Assembly (NCBI GenBank): GCA_004431415.1
Contig: QPMI01000225.1
Location: forward strand, 1 to 64,000
Direction: 5' to 3'
Source of the DNA: Cyanophora paradoxa CCMP329
Lineage: Eukaryota; Plantae; Glaucophyta
DNA length: 64,000 nt
The notes under the pieces were generated by a model. It was given only the letters and a program-made list of their open reading frames with translations, searched no databases and was not told where the DNA came from. Below, piece by piece: positions 12,801 to 25,169 of this stretch (position 1 is the first letter of the stretch; each line of letters starts with the position of its first letter). The position numbers were made by a program, and so were the translations under genes.

Positions 12801-13956
12801 CGGCGTCATCCACCGTGCCCCTCGCCCAGCCCCTCCCCCTCTCCCCTCGCCCCGCGTCGCGCCTAATCATGACGGGGGCGCGCGGGGCCCGGGCAGGCTA
12901 CCCCCCGACGGACGCGCTCCTCTTCGAGCACGCCTGCTTCGCCACCCCCGCTGGTGCGTTATAATTGATATCGATGCATACAATTGCGTATACCGCCGAC
13001 CCTAGGCCTCCCGCCACCCGCCCGGGCCCCCCGCGATCGCCTCGAGATCTAGACCGGCGCCTGGGCCTCATCCTCAGTCTCTGGCGCGCAGCGTGCGGGG
13101 GCGGGGAGGCGGTCTTCCACGAGGGCCTCGAGGCGCTCGTGCTGCGCTTCCTCGAGGAGGCCGAGCTCCTCCTCAACACGCGGCCCGAGCACCTCGACTC
13201 GCGCAACGAGCACCTCCAGTTCATCGAGGCCGCCAACATGCACGCCCTCCAGGTGCGCGGCGCTGCAGAAGAACAGCCCTGCGGGACAAGCGGCGTTGAC
13301 GTGTAGAGGTCGAAGTCTATTCGCTGTAAACGCGCTAAGGGGTGCGGGGGCAGCGGGGCGTGGCGCGGTTCGCGGGGCTGCTGGTGGAGGAGGGCCACGG
13401 GCGCCTCGCCGCCTTCGCCGCCCTCCAGGTGCGCCCCCGGACGCATCGCCGGATCCCCCCCGCGTGCACGCGGGGGGCCGCTGAGCGCCCCTGCCCGTGG
13501 GGCCCCAGAGCGCGATGTTCGGCGCCGTCTGCGCCCTCCTCGTCCTTGAGTACTTCTTCGTCTTCCGCGTGCGCCCCGCCCCGCCCCGGCCCGCCCCGAC
13601 CGGCGGCCCCCGACACGCGCGCCTCGCAGCGGATCATCTCGAACCTGACGGACGAGACGCGGCGGACGGTCTTCATGTTCCTCATGGCGCGCCCGGCCCC
13701 CCGCCCGCCCCCGCCCCCACCGATCGTCGGACCTGACCGGGGCCCCGCAGCTGCCGCCCGACGTGATCGAGGCGACGAGCTCGATCAAGGCGCACCTCTA
13801 CCGCCTCATCTCCAGGCGCGCCCTCCCGGGCTCCCCCCTCTCGCCCGGCATCTAGATCTGCTTCGGCTCGGCTTCGCGCGTCGCCTCTGACCGTCGCGAT
13901 CGGACCCCGGCTCGCGATCGCCCCGCATGCGCAGCATGAACACGGCCGAGGCCTGA
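855..13956 (+). CDS. TmcB/TmcC (tiny macrocysts)-like multi-pass membrane protein with TPR-like region; multi-exon, interrupted by a TE at the intron 8401-12398 acceptor
   Basis: Hand-spliced exons give family-typical segments: WPLKFLRFAVANVVGLLYM/PLISVFSTSFNC; FSRPHSRVDAAFFLNK; IFRAALEKFPSSAFITL..YAHF; EYTSNLSGARKYHRAAARALRK/FWSQLL; AHYRALLARYPRAPRILRAYGRFQAE/VLNDEAAAQALFEQAD; LRRMKWTVIAVLL; FRPTVASVQREKAHALSLFRDIPRATVRKLA. The C-terminus reads ETRRTVFMFLM/LPPDVIE..SMNTAEA* (TGA 13954-13956). The start ATG is uncertain. Confidence 0.8.
8585..12395. mobile_element. Non-autonomous DNA transposon (3811 bp) with 22-bp imperfect TIRs and 3-bp CAG target-site duplication
   Basis: Left end CGTGTGGGGCCCTAGCATGTCC (8585). 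Right end GGATATCCTAGGGCCCCACACG (12395), whose reverse complement is CGTGTGGGGCCCTAGGATATCC (first 15 nt perfect, 20/22 overall). CAG flanks both sides (8582-8584, 12396-12398). No transposase recognised inside. Confidence 0.85.
10621..11445. repeat. GC-rich tandem repeat, ~140-bp unit, ~6 copies, inside the TIR element
   Basis: Unit GGCGTCGGCGGGGTCGCGGCCTCGTCCCCTCGCGTCCGAGGCGCTCGGG...GGCTCGGCGGCGGCGGAG recurs at ~10621, 10761, 10900, 11041, 11178 and 11317; the last copy is degenerate. Confidence 0.95.
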
Positions 13957-14900
13957 GCATGAGTGAACACGGCCGATCGTGACGCCTGAGCATGAGCGCT
14001 GGATTTCCGAGCCACGTGCATTATAAAAAATTACGTGCACGTCTCTGGCGGGGGCCGGGCGGCCATATATGCATGTGCACGCATCCGCGACCGGCAATAT
14101 GTTAATTGCAAGGCGCGCGGGACAATGTTTCTAATTTCTTCCTTCTCTTTCTTTAGCCTAGTAGATCATAGTTATAGTGTACTTACACAGGACGTCGACG
14201 CTGCAGTTCTAGTGCCAGTCACTGAGCAGTCTTCTGATATCGATCTAGATCTGCACATGTAGCTGTTCATGCGCAGTGCCGGATCACTGAGAGTCAAGCT
14301 TAAGCATAGAAGCAGATTGGTTTTGAATATTGAAGTAGATTTGCAATTGCTCAGAACTAGCGATCATGAGTCGCAGTAGCTATAGTGACTGATATCGATC
14401 ATGAGGTTATTGCAAGGTAATTATCGCGAGCCAGATAGTCGAGCGGACTCGAGCCTCAATCTGACAGTTTAATAGTCTGGATTTGATCCACTGGGCCACT
14501 GGGCCGCCGGGCCGGCGCCCGCGGCCGAGTCGGCGGTCCGATCGGCTAGTACTCGGCGAGCCGCCGAATTTCGCCGCCGAAATTTCGCGTTCCACTTGCA
14601 TGTGCATGTGCACGCGCACATGCAGTAGCTGTGATGCATGCGCATTTTGCAGCGCTAACTGTACGTACTAGCAATCTTGAAAATTGGGCAGCCGCCGCAG
14701 TGCTGCCACTGTGCTGGTGTCTAGAGAGTAGTAGAGAGAGACTGTGCCAGTGTGGCCGGTAATTCACCAAAACAAATCTTGAAAATTGACTTGAATTTAA
14801 AATTCTCATCGATTAGCATTTCTTGAACGAGAACCAGGACCCGAGATGCACTCGGCGGGGGCTGTTTGGAGGCAAGGTATAAGGGGTTAGAAGGGGGGAT

Positions 14901-15530
14901 TAGGGGTGCGGCTTGACCGCCAGAAAGTCGGCTCAAGTCAAGCCAAGCCCGGGGCGCTCGCGGCCAAGCCAAGCCAAGCCGGCCGACCGGCCCGGACAAG
15001 CGCTTGGCCACTTGGCCGGGTCAAGCGCTTGGCCCGGCTTGAGGCAAGCCGAAGGGGGGGTACACTTCCGCAAGCCCTTAGCGCCGCAGCGAAATGCTAG
15101 AGCTAGCGCTTATTGTGCTTTGAATTCTAAAGAAACACATCTAATTATAAACACTGATCGACGGCGCGGGCCGTGCGCGCGCACCGCGCGCGCGCGCGCG
15201 CCTCGATATCGATATCGATCATATGCATACCTGCACGCTCTTAATTCACTGAGTCAGACCTCTAGATCGACATTCGGTCCGACGGTCGCGATGCCATCGA
15301 TCGCAGCTGCAGGCGCGCGCGCGCGCGCCGCGCCGGCGCCGGCTTAAGCTTCGAATTCGCTGCAGCTGCGCATGCGTCGAAGTACCCCCCGCGCGCCGAT
15401 CCCCCCCTCCCCTGCCCCCCCCGGGCCAGGGCTTGAGCCGGCTTGAGCCGGCCAAAAGCCGGTCAAGCGCTTGACCGCCCAGCCCGGCTTGAGCTTTGGC
15501 TCAAGCGCTTGACGGCAAGCCGCAGGCCTA
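14901..15530. mobile_element. hAT-type MITE (630 bp) with 8-bp TSD
   Basis: TSD GGGGGGAT at 14893-14900 and 15531-15538. Ends are TAGGGGTGCGGCTTG and CAAGCCGCAGGCCTA (reverse complement TAGGCCTGCGGCTTG). Subterminal CAAGCC/GGCTTG motifs cluster at both ends. Confidence 0.85.
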
Positions 15531-15724
15531 GGGGGGATTGACCCGGAGTCAGGTGGCGTGCTGAACTTTCCCGGAGTCAGGCATGGGGAGCAGTAATAGT
15601 GGTGTAAGATCAAGATATGTGATTTGTGATATATTGAACAAACTGATAATGCATAGCTATATGGCGCGGCGGGCCCCGCGGCCGCCCGATCGCGAAGCCC
15701 TGCGGCCGGCCGCGGGGCGAGCTT

Positions 15725-16768
15725 GCGATCGGTCGAGCGCGACCGAGCGACCTGCGCGCAATTCGATCAGAGCTCGTCGGCACTAGACGCAGGGCGTGCC
15801 GCCGGATCACGGCTCACCTGGAACAGCGAGAAACTGGCGCCGCGGGCCCCGCTGCCCGAAGCCCTGCGGCCGGCGAGCGATCGAGCGCGACCGAGCGACC
15901 TGCGGGCAGTTCGATCAGAGCTCGTCGGCCCTAGACGCAGGGCGTGCCGCCGGCTCACGGCTCACCTGAAACAGCGAGCGAGATCTGGCGCCGCGGGCCC
16001 CGCCGCCCGAAGCCCTGCGGCCGGCGAGCGATCGAGCGCGACCGAGCGACCTGCGCGCAATTCGATCAGAGCTCGTCGGCACTAGACGCAGGGCGTGCCG
16101 CCGGATCACGGCTCACCTGGAACAGCGAGAAACTGGCGCCGCGGGCCCCGCCGCCCGAAGCCCTGCGGCCGGCGAGCGATCGAGCGCGACCGAGCGACCT
16201 GCGGGCAGTTCGATCAGAGCTCGTCGGCACTAGACGCAGGGCGTGCCGCCGGATCACGGCTCACCTGAAACAGCGAGCGAGATCTGGCGCCGCGGGCCCC
16301 GCCGCCCGAAGCCCTGCGGCCGGCGAGCGATCGAGCGCGACCGAGCGACCTGCGCGCAATTCGATCAGAGCTCGTCGGCACTAGACGCAGGGCGTGCCGC
16401 CGGATCACGGCTCACCTGGAACAGCGAGAAACTGGCGCCGCGGGCCCCGCCGCCCGAAGCCCTGCGGCCGGCGAGCGATCGAGCGCGACCGAGCGACCTG
16501 CGGGCAGTTCGATCAGAGCTCGTCGGCCCTAGACGCAGGGCGGGCCGCCGGCACACGGCTCACCTGGAACAGGGAGCGAGATCTGGCGCCGCGGGCCCCG
16601 CCGCCCGAAGCCCTGCGGCCGGCGAGCGATCGAGCGCGACCGAGCGACCTGCGAGCAGTTCGATCAGAGCTCGTCGGCACTAGACGCAGGGCGTGCCGCC
16701 GGCTCACGGCTCACCTGGAACAGGGAGCGAGATCTGGCGCTGCGGGTCCCGCCGCCCGAAGCCCTGCG
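15725..16768. repeat. Tandem array of alternating 148- and 151-bp monomers (299-bp higher-order unit), ~7 monomers
   Basis: Anchor GATCAGAGCTCGTCGGC(A/C)CTAGACGCAGGGCG repeats. ORF offsets are 15767>15915 (148), 15915>16066 (151) and 15767>16066>16365 (299). Diagnostic variants alternate: GGAACAGCGAGAAACTGG vs GAAACAGCGAGCGAGATCTGG. Confidence 0.95.
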
Positions 16769-19555
16769 ACCGAAAAGCGAAAGCGACAGCGTGGGATGAG
16801 CGAGCCAAGGCGTTCAGCTCCGCGCAGCCGGCTGTTTCGACCGTTTGCAGTTGACAGGGGTACGCTTGGCCCTTTTCGGCGCAAGCCGTTAATTGCTTCT
16901 AAGTTCATGGCTCTCATACAAAATTCTGTCAATACGTCTCGCTGCACAAAGAACGTATCGCACGCCCCGGAAAGACGCTTAAAAGGTGGAAACGACTCAT
17001 ATCTCCAGACGTTTTTCTCAAAAGTTGAAAACATGCCGTCGAAGTGCGATTAATATTCCGGCTCAGCGGCTTCCAAAACTGCATGATCACTAAGAACATC
17101 TGATCGCGAATGTGTAGCTCAGCACGACGCTCAATACAGAAGAGCGGGGGGCTCCGATATCGGTGTTCGCGAGTCCAATGAGGATGTAGTTGATGCCCGA
17201 CATCATCAAAGTCGCCCCCGCGCGCCAGGAAAGGAGCGCGGACATCGATCGCGAGGGAGGGGTACAACCAGACATCAAAGGTGGGTACAAGGCAAAACTC
17301 AACTCGGAACAAGTCTGTGGAGCTCTAGCTCAAGCTTCGCTCAGCTGTACCTCAAGCTCGCTGAGCTTTAGCTAAAGCTCAAGGCAGAGCCCATCGAGCT
17401 TCGTGGCTCAATTGCAAGCTGAAGCTTCGTGGCTCAAGCCACAATTAAAGCAACGGCTTGCGCCGAGCTTTTGGCCGCAGGCCACCAAGTTATTTCTGGC
17501 CCGGCGGCCTTTTTTTGGCCGTGCAAACGGGCGAGGACGATCTCAGCTGCTGCCGCAGATTAAGGGCTGCCGCTCGAGAATCGACTTCGTATAGAGCTCA
17601 TCGTCCTTTTCGCCGCCCAGGCTGCGCTCCGCGACCGCCCGGGAGCGAGTGTATGTCGATATGCAATCCCGAGGTCGCTTAGGACGCGTCTTTCAGCGGC
17701 GCTGGTCGGGGCTATGAAGTCCTTAGACTTGGGGCTATCCGGGAACTGGCGCCGTTACGTGCAGTGATGAGTCTCTAATTTATAATACAAAATAATACTC
17801 ATTTATATAATTATTATAATAAACATTACTGTAATAGTCCCAGGGCGGCAGTTATCGATAACAATAAAATAACCGGGGGGGATACAGGCTACAAACACTC
17901 TAAACGCTGCGTAATTCATGCTTAGCAACGCCTACGTCAAAAAGAAACGATGCGCAGCAAGCTATAAGAGTCGTACAGCATCTTTGGCGTTCCGGCAGGT
18001 CGCCCGCCCGCCCGTCCAGCCACGGGGGTACAGTGGGTACGGCGCCTCCCTCTGGTGAAACCACGGGAATTTAGATGTCTGCATTCTGAAATCCACAGTA
18101 TAATAGCTTAGGCGATGTTCTTATCCCTTTTCTAACGTTTTCGAGCTGTTCTGTGAGGTGCGGGGGTGCCCTCTCTATGGAGCGTTATTTATAATACGCT
18201 AATCGTTATAATAATATTATATAACGTTAGTGTAATATTATAATAAAAGAGCGGATTTTGGTCTAATCTGTAATCCCATCACTGGTTACGTGGGCGTTGA
18301 AGTCGCCGTCTCAGGAAGTTGGGTTCCGTTCGAAAAAAAACCGAGAACCCAGCGAAAACTAGAAAAAGTTATCGGATCCGAGACTATTACTATGTATTAA
18401 TCGTGAATTAGCCAATTGCATTCAAGCTTATATAATTAAGCTTAATTGCATCCATCCAAAAAAGGTTTTCTCATGCATTTCTTGAATTTCTCATGATCAT
18501 GATGATCAATCAGCATGCAGTGATTCAGCATGTCTTGAATTATCGTTCTTGAATTAATATTCTTTTCGCGCGGTTTTAAATTCGAATTCCGCCATCGATA
18601 TCTCAATCGAACCGTTAAAACGTTTGAACCTCCGAATCTCCCCGGATATATATCGATGCTCCCGCCGATTCATCATTCATCTCACCTCCAGCGCTAGCTG
18701 CTTACAATAATTCATAATAATGAACAATGAGTACGGGTCCGGCAGTGGACCGGCACTGACGATTGACGAAGAGAAACCGCGCCGGGATTCCGAAAAGTTC
18801 CGATCCGCGGCCGGGCCGGAATTCGAAATATTCCGGATCCGGATCCGGATCCGGATCCGGCCGCGGCCGCGCCGCCGCCGCCGCCCGCCGCCGGGCCGCC
18901 GGGCCGGCCGCCGGCGCCGCGCCGCCGGCCCGGCCCGCCGCCGGGCCGCCGGAGTCCAGGAGGGCCGGGAACTTGCAATTCATGATTGCGGGAAGGCCCG
19001 GGAATCGGGGCCGGGATGAGCGGAGGCTGCGGAGCCGATTAATATTATAATCGGAGCCTCGCGAATCGCGATCGGACTAGTACTCCCGGGAGCCAGCCTA
19101 AAATGTTTTTAAATCAAGGGATTCGATCATCAATTTCGATGCCTGCGTGGCGGGCCACTGGCGGCAGTGCGCAATGCGCATCATCATCAGCGCATGGCAC
19201 CGCATGCATAGGTATGCGGCCCGGCGCGCGCGCATGCGCAGGCGCGCGGCGCCAGCGCTTGCCAGGTTTACAGCTGCAGCCACCGTACCCGTATAGCCGC
19301 CAGAAAAGCAGCTCTGCGCCTGCGCAGCGCTAGCTATAGCCTGAAGGTGTGCACATCCGCAGATTATAAAGCTTCAGCTAGCTTCTCCGAGTGTCTAGAT
19401 CTCTGGCATCCGCTGATCCGTTTCGACTCGCGATCGGCGAATTCTCTAACCGCCGCCACCTAACCAGTACTGCCACCTGTCAACCAGCTCACAGCCCAGC
19501 GTCCACCCGCAGACGGCCGCAGTTTCTTTTCAACGACCATCGGCCGAGAGCTCTC

Positions 19556-20587
19556 ATGGCGAACATCAAGTCGGGCGGCTATTCAACGGGTTTCTGCGAC
19601 TGCTTCAGCGATTTTGAGAGTTGTGCGTGGGGTGTAGCCGAAACCGCGGGCCACAGGCCCGCAGCTTGCCGAGCCCTTTATATATATAGTTTGCTTGCCG
19701 AGCCCTTTATATATAGTTTGGTGCGCGAGTTTCCGACGGCTTTCGTCGCAGGCCTGGTCACATGCTTCGTCCCCTGCGTTCAGATAGGCTGGACCGGTGA
19801 GAGCCGCCTCCCGGCACGGTCCCGTATTCGCATCTGCTGACTCGGCGACGCCTTTCCTTCGCCCTCTGGGCACGCAGCCGAGAAAGTGCGCATGCTCGCA
19901 GCGCGTTGTTGAAGAGGCTTTGAATTCCGTTATTTGACTCGGCGATCCTCGATTTCTCTGACCGTTGGACGATCGTCGATCTCTGCAGCTCGATGGAAGC
20001 GACTGCATGCGTGAGGGGTGAGTGCCGCGCGCAGTGCCTCCGGGTTTCCTTTGCCGCCGACTCCCAGTCGACGCGAAGCCGCGGTCGGCGCCAGTCGCGT
20101 CGACTCGCGTGGGCCGCCCGCAGCCGCCGGGCCGGTTGGGCCGCAACGCTAACCGCTTCGCCCCCCCTTCCGCCCGGCCCGCAGGCTCATGGCGGCGCTC
20201 GCCACGTGCGTCTGCGGCAACCTCGGGCTCTGCGTGCGTCCCCAGAACTCGAATATCAATGCCACGCCCTCTTTCTCCGTTCTTCGAGCTCAATGATCAT
20301 GAGCGCGTCGACGTTTCTACATGTTGCGCATGCAGTACTGCGGGTACGCCTTGAAGCTTTCCTCAAGTCGCGGCCCCGCGTGCCTCACCTGATTAATTAT
20401 AGTATTAATATCACGACCACACAGATACTCGTGGCGCCAGAAGATCCGCAAGGCCTACAACTTCGGGGTCCGTGGCATTTCTTTCAGCGCGTGTCGCCAA
20501 CACGCCGCCCAATGCGATCCCTGTGGGCGCAGGAGGACACGTTCATGGATTGCCTGAAGCTCTGCTGCTGCCCCTGCTGCGTGTGCG

Positions 20588-20623
<36 letters not shown>

Positions 20624-20996
20624 CCCGGCCCCACACAGACTTCTGCTGCGTTTCTTTGACTGCTGCGCCCCGCCTGCGCAGGATCACTCAGGATGCTCGC
20701 GAAGTCAAGTGCGCCGACCTGGGCCGCGGCGCACCCCCGGGGCCCTGTTCGGCCCGCAGTCTGACTCGGCGGCTCCGCTTTCGAATTCGCGCAGGAAGCG
20801 GGGCCGGGCCGGCGCTGCGGGCGGCTTCCCGAACAACCCGATGGCCGCCCCTGCGGGGCCGCCTGCCTTCAACCAGGGGCCTGCCTTCAACCAGGGCGCC
20901 CCGAAGCCCCAGGGGCCCCCCGCATACAACCAGCCCCTCCCCTCCGCCTTCGGCCAGCAGCCCGTGGCCAACAACGGCGCCGGCGCTCGCTACTAG
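19556..20996 (+). CDS. PLAC8 family cysteine-rich protein (PF04749-like), 10 exons
   Basis: Spliced product: MANIKSGGYSTGFCDCFSDFESCLVTCFVPCVQIGWTAEKLDGSDCMREGLMAALATCVCGNLGLCYCGYSWRQKIRKAYNFGEDTFMDCLKLCCCPCCVITQDAREVKKRGR...ARY*. It has the PLAC8 hallmarks (DCFxD..C..CxxPC, R.KIR..Y, CCCPCC..Q..RE). Confidence 0.92.
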
Positions 20997-21278
20997 ATCT
21001 AGACCAGAACTCGAAGCGTGAGATAGCGATAGCGACAGCAAGTCTGTACTACGGTTTACTTGGCTTCAAATTTACTTCAGGCCTCTGAGGCCTGATCATG
21101 AGCTTTGCGTTTCCTGTGTCATTCGAGACACGAGGGTTCTAGGTTTCCCTTGATGTACATGTTCAATAAATTTAAAGAACAATCAGCCCGCCTGAAGTAA
21201 TCGACAAGCGCAAGTCTCTGCTTCACATTCGAAAGGAGGGCGGTGCACAAGAACTTCATTTGCAATAGGCTTTTAAAA

Positions 21279-24200
21279 TTAAAAGACACTACAGAAGATA
21301 TTAGTAATAGTTAAAGTGACTCGGACATAAAGCAAAGCTTTGTCGTCAACAGCATGCAGGGTCAACTGCGGGCGCCGGCGTCGAATCCGGGAGAGCGCCC
21401 GAAGTCCTGGGTCCCGATCAGTGCTCTCCCCCGCTGCAGCCGGCCCCGCCCCGGGGCCCGTGGCCAGCCGGTGCAGGTGCGCCCCTGGGGCGGCGGAGGA
21501 AGGGCGGGGGCGGACCTTGGGGAGGGAGGCGCCGTGGATGAGCGAGAGGTACATCTCGAACTGCGCCGGGGGGCGGATGGGGTGAGGGGGGCACGCCGCG
21601 CCGGAGCGTCGGGGGAGAGGCGCACCTGCTTGCGGGCCAGGGGGTCGGAGGCGAACGGGTACGGTGCGCCCAGGCGGTGCGCCGCCGCCAGCCCGGAGAT
21701 GATCGCGACCTTAGGGGGGGCGGGGGAGGGGGTGTAAGCGGAGGGGAGGGGGGGGGGTTAAGGGGGTAAGGGGGGGGAGGGGCGCGGGGTAGGGGAGCTG
21801 CAGAGACAAGCTGACCTCGTGGGTGTTGAAGAGGGTCCAGGCGCCGGCGTAGTAGACGCCGCCGCTGTCCTGCGGGGGTGCGGGGTAAACACCGCGCCCC
21901 GGCGGGCCGGAGGCGGCAGGCGGGAGGAGGCGAAGCGGGGCACCTGGATCGTCCGGACGAAGGGCACCACGGAGACGAAGTGCCGCCACGTGTGCGCGAA
22001 CTGCGGTGGGGAGGGGACCGGAAGATGCCGTGTCACGCAGGAGCATCGGAACCGCCTCGCGGGGTGCGGGCGCGCGCCTGTCGCCACCACTTGACGAGGA
22101 GGATCTTGGAGGGATCGATCTCCCCCATGCTCCACTTCTCCCGCCGCTCTGCGGTGCCCGGGGGTACACCGCATTCGATTGCGAGGGGGGCGGCGGGGGG
22201 GGGGTAGCTGGTCAGAGAGGGGTACGGAGGCCGCACCGTCGTCCAGGAAGATGGTCTGGTAGACCGTGCGCCCCGAGCCCCGCAGCTGCGGCTGTGCGGG
22301 GGCGGGTGAGGACAAGGGGGGGGAGGGGGGAGAGGGGTACCTGGTAGTTGGAGAGGTGGAAGGACATGTCGATGCGGGCGGGGTCCGCGGGATCGAGGCG
22401 AACGAAGTACTGGTCCCCCCGCTGCGGGCGGGGCCGGCTCAGGGCGAGGCCCGCACGCGAGGCCCCCGAAGCTCGTCTCTATTGCTCCTGGGCCTGGGCC
22501 CCTCTCGGTCGCCTCTCATCGGGATCCATCCCCTCTCCCCGCAGGGGTCGCTATGCGGAGGGGCGCGCGCCTCGGCGTCCGCGTCGTAGTTGCGCTCCAT
22601 GTACCCCCCGTCCTCGTGCGTCACCGTCACCTTGGGGGGGGGGGGGGGGGCAGGGGCGGGGAGGGTCAGACGGTTTCAACGTTCTTTCGACCGATGCGAC
22701 GGGTCGGGCCGGCGCAGTAGGCAGAGTGGCATTCATTGTGGAGGGATTGGATGGGGGAGAGAGAGGCGGGGAGGGGAGGGGGGCGCACGTCGTTGTAGTA
22801 GCGGACGTTGCCCAGGGTCCACCTCTCCAGCCGCCCCGGGGACTCTAGCACCTTCGCGGGGGCTCGGTCAGGGGGGCGGGGGGGAAGAGAGGGTACGGGA
22901 GTATGGCTGGCGGGCCTTGAGGACGGTCTCGGCGTCGCAGGCGAAGACGACGGCGTCGAAGACCGCCTCGGCCGTGCCCGGGCCCGAGGGCTCCGCAGGC
23001 GGCGTGTACGACGGTCCCGGCTGCGCTCGCCGGCGAGGCTCAGCCCGGCGCACGGACAGGGCGGGGAGGGGCCGGGCGCGCCTGGCTGGGCGGGGGCGCG
23101 GGGCGGGCGTCGAGGGGGTACCAGACGGAGACGCGGCCGTCGTCTCTCCGTACAACGCGCGTCGCGGGGCGGCCGAAGTGGAATCGTGCAGCGCTCTTCG
23201 ACGAGACCCGCTCGTATATCTGCGCGAAAAGGGCTCCGTGCCCCGCGCCCCGCGCCCCGCGCCCCGCGCCCCGAGGGCCGCAGCTCTACCCCGCTCCCGC
23301 TCGCACCTCGGCCAGAGAGGGGAACGCGAACATCTCCGGCGACTGGCTGAGGAGAAGCGCCGGATCGTAGTCGAAGAGCCTGCGGCGAGCAGGGGTACCG
23401 GAGCGTCAGAGAGGACGGTGCCCGTGAGACCGCGTACCCCCCGGGGGGGTACCGCAGGTCGGGGTCGAGGAAGACGCGGGCGATGATGGCGGCGGAGACG
23501 GAGGGCGTCTGGTTCCCCGTCCCGAAGAAGAGCGCCGTCAGGGGGTACACTGCTCAAAGCGAGGAGTCATGGCGGGGGGAGAGAGCGGGGCGCGGGGGTG
23601 CGGGGCCTGCGGCCTCCACGAACCCATCAGGTTGCCGAAATCTTCGGAGAAGCCGAACAGGCCGAGGAGCTTTGATTCGGCGTCAGGCGGGGCCGGCCCC
23701 ATCTGACGGTACCCCACCGAACCTTGGAGATGGGTACGGAGATGAAGAGTGCCTCCAGCGCGCTCACGAACTTGAGAATCGAGCCGAACCTGCGTACCCC
23801 CCGATGTGGACATGAGCTCGTATCCCGAAACGAACGCGTACCCCCGCACCGCCGGATCTCATCCCTGAAGCGCTCCTGGACGGGGGTAGCCCGCCCCGAG
23901 TTGTTCCAATGCGTGGGGCCCTTACCGAAAGACACCTGTACCTCGGTCTGAGCTACTTCGAGCGCATATGCATGGCAAAGGGGGAGGGGGAGGGCGCGAG
24001 CCTTCATGTGGACCGGGTTGGTCTTGAAGCCGTGCTCCGCGAGCAGCAGCGCAGTGTTTCGGTAGGCCACAGAGCCACCCTGCACGCCGTCGTTCACTGC
24101 CGGGTGCACGTGCCCGCAGTCGCCGAGTCAGCGAACGCTGCGGGGGCGCGCGCGAGAGGCGGCTCGGGGTCGGCGGCGCGCCGTAGCGACCCCCGCCGAT

Positions 24201-24566
24201 GTCCACGCTCGTGGCAACGCCGCCTGCGCAAGCCGCCTTCTCGAAAACGTGCACTTCAAACTGCGAGGAGCACGCGCGCGGGGCCGGGGCGCTCGGGGAT
24301 CAGATGCAACGCCTAGGCCGAGCGCGCGCGGCGCATCAACCAAGCGGGCATATTCAGTGCGTTTCAGCGCTATAGTTTTCTATACGCGGACTCGGGAGCC
24401 CGGCGCGCACGGCTGCGCCGAGGCACACCTTTTCTGGGAACCTCGCGAGGCTCCAGGCAGCCGCCACGCCGCTCGCGCCGCTCCCGATGATAGCGATACG
24501 TTTCCTGTTGTCTGCATTCTCCCAGGCGATGGGCGCGCCTACTGCAGCCGGCGCGTGCGGCCCCAT
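21279..24566 (-). CDS. FAD/NAD(P)-binding amine oxidase-like oxidoreductase, multi-exon
   Basis: Rossmann motif KRIAIIGSGASGVAAAWSL..VHVFEK..AGGVATS; VNDGVQGGS..YRN; YPLTALFFGTGNQTPSVSAAIIARVFLDP; FDAVVFACDAE; YYAGAWTLFNTHE/VAIISGLAAAHRLGAPYPF. Both ends are approximate. Confidence 0.85.
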
Positions 24567-25169
24567 CGCGGGGTCGGCGCGGATGCGGCTGCTCTAGATA
24601 GTTTGGCCTGTCTTTAGCTGCAGCGGGCCGATCGCTAGCTCTAGGTTTCAGGCACGCGCTCCTCTCCCGTTCGTGTACCCAGCAGATATCTGAGTACCCA
24701 TAGCGCGCGTTTCCTTCGTTGAAATGGCCGGCTCGCTTCGTCGCATGCCTGCTGGCGCGTACCGGGACGAGGATGCGCACTCCAACCATTGCTGCGACCT
24801 CATGAAGACACAGGTCAGCGAAGGTCCACCTACTCTCCAGAATTGCGATTTTCGCGCGGTCGGCCGCGGCCGAAGTAGCAGCTAAGCTCATCCGTCATCC
24901 TGCTAGTCCAAACAGCACGTTTCGGAGTCGCTCTGGCGACGGCTTAGTCTTAACGGCCGACGCAATGGCGCCAATTCTTGAGGAGCCCGCCGTTTGAGCC
25001 GCGACGCACGCAGGAACGCGCTAAGTGTTACATGGTGTCTTCTGCGCTCATTCTCGCCCTGGTGAGCGGCCAGCCGCGAATTCGAACGCGATAGCCTGCG
25101 GCCGCCGGATCTCACGAGCTTCTCGCCGCGCCGCAGGGCATCTTCGTTCTGTACTATGGACTCACTTCG

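Noticed and set aside
15725-16768. CRISPR array
   Set aside because: Contiguous full-length tandem units with no unique spacers, no cas genes, and a eukaryotic context.
16800-18700. Coding or TE remnant in the AT-richer segment
   Set aside because: Composition differs, but I could not identify protein motifs, TIR pairs or TSDs.
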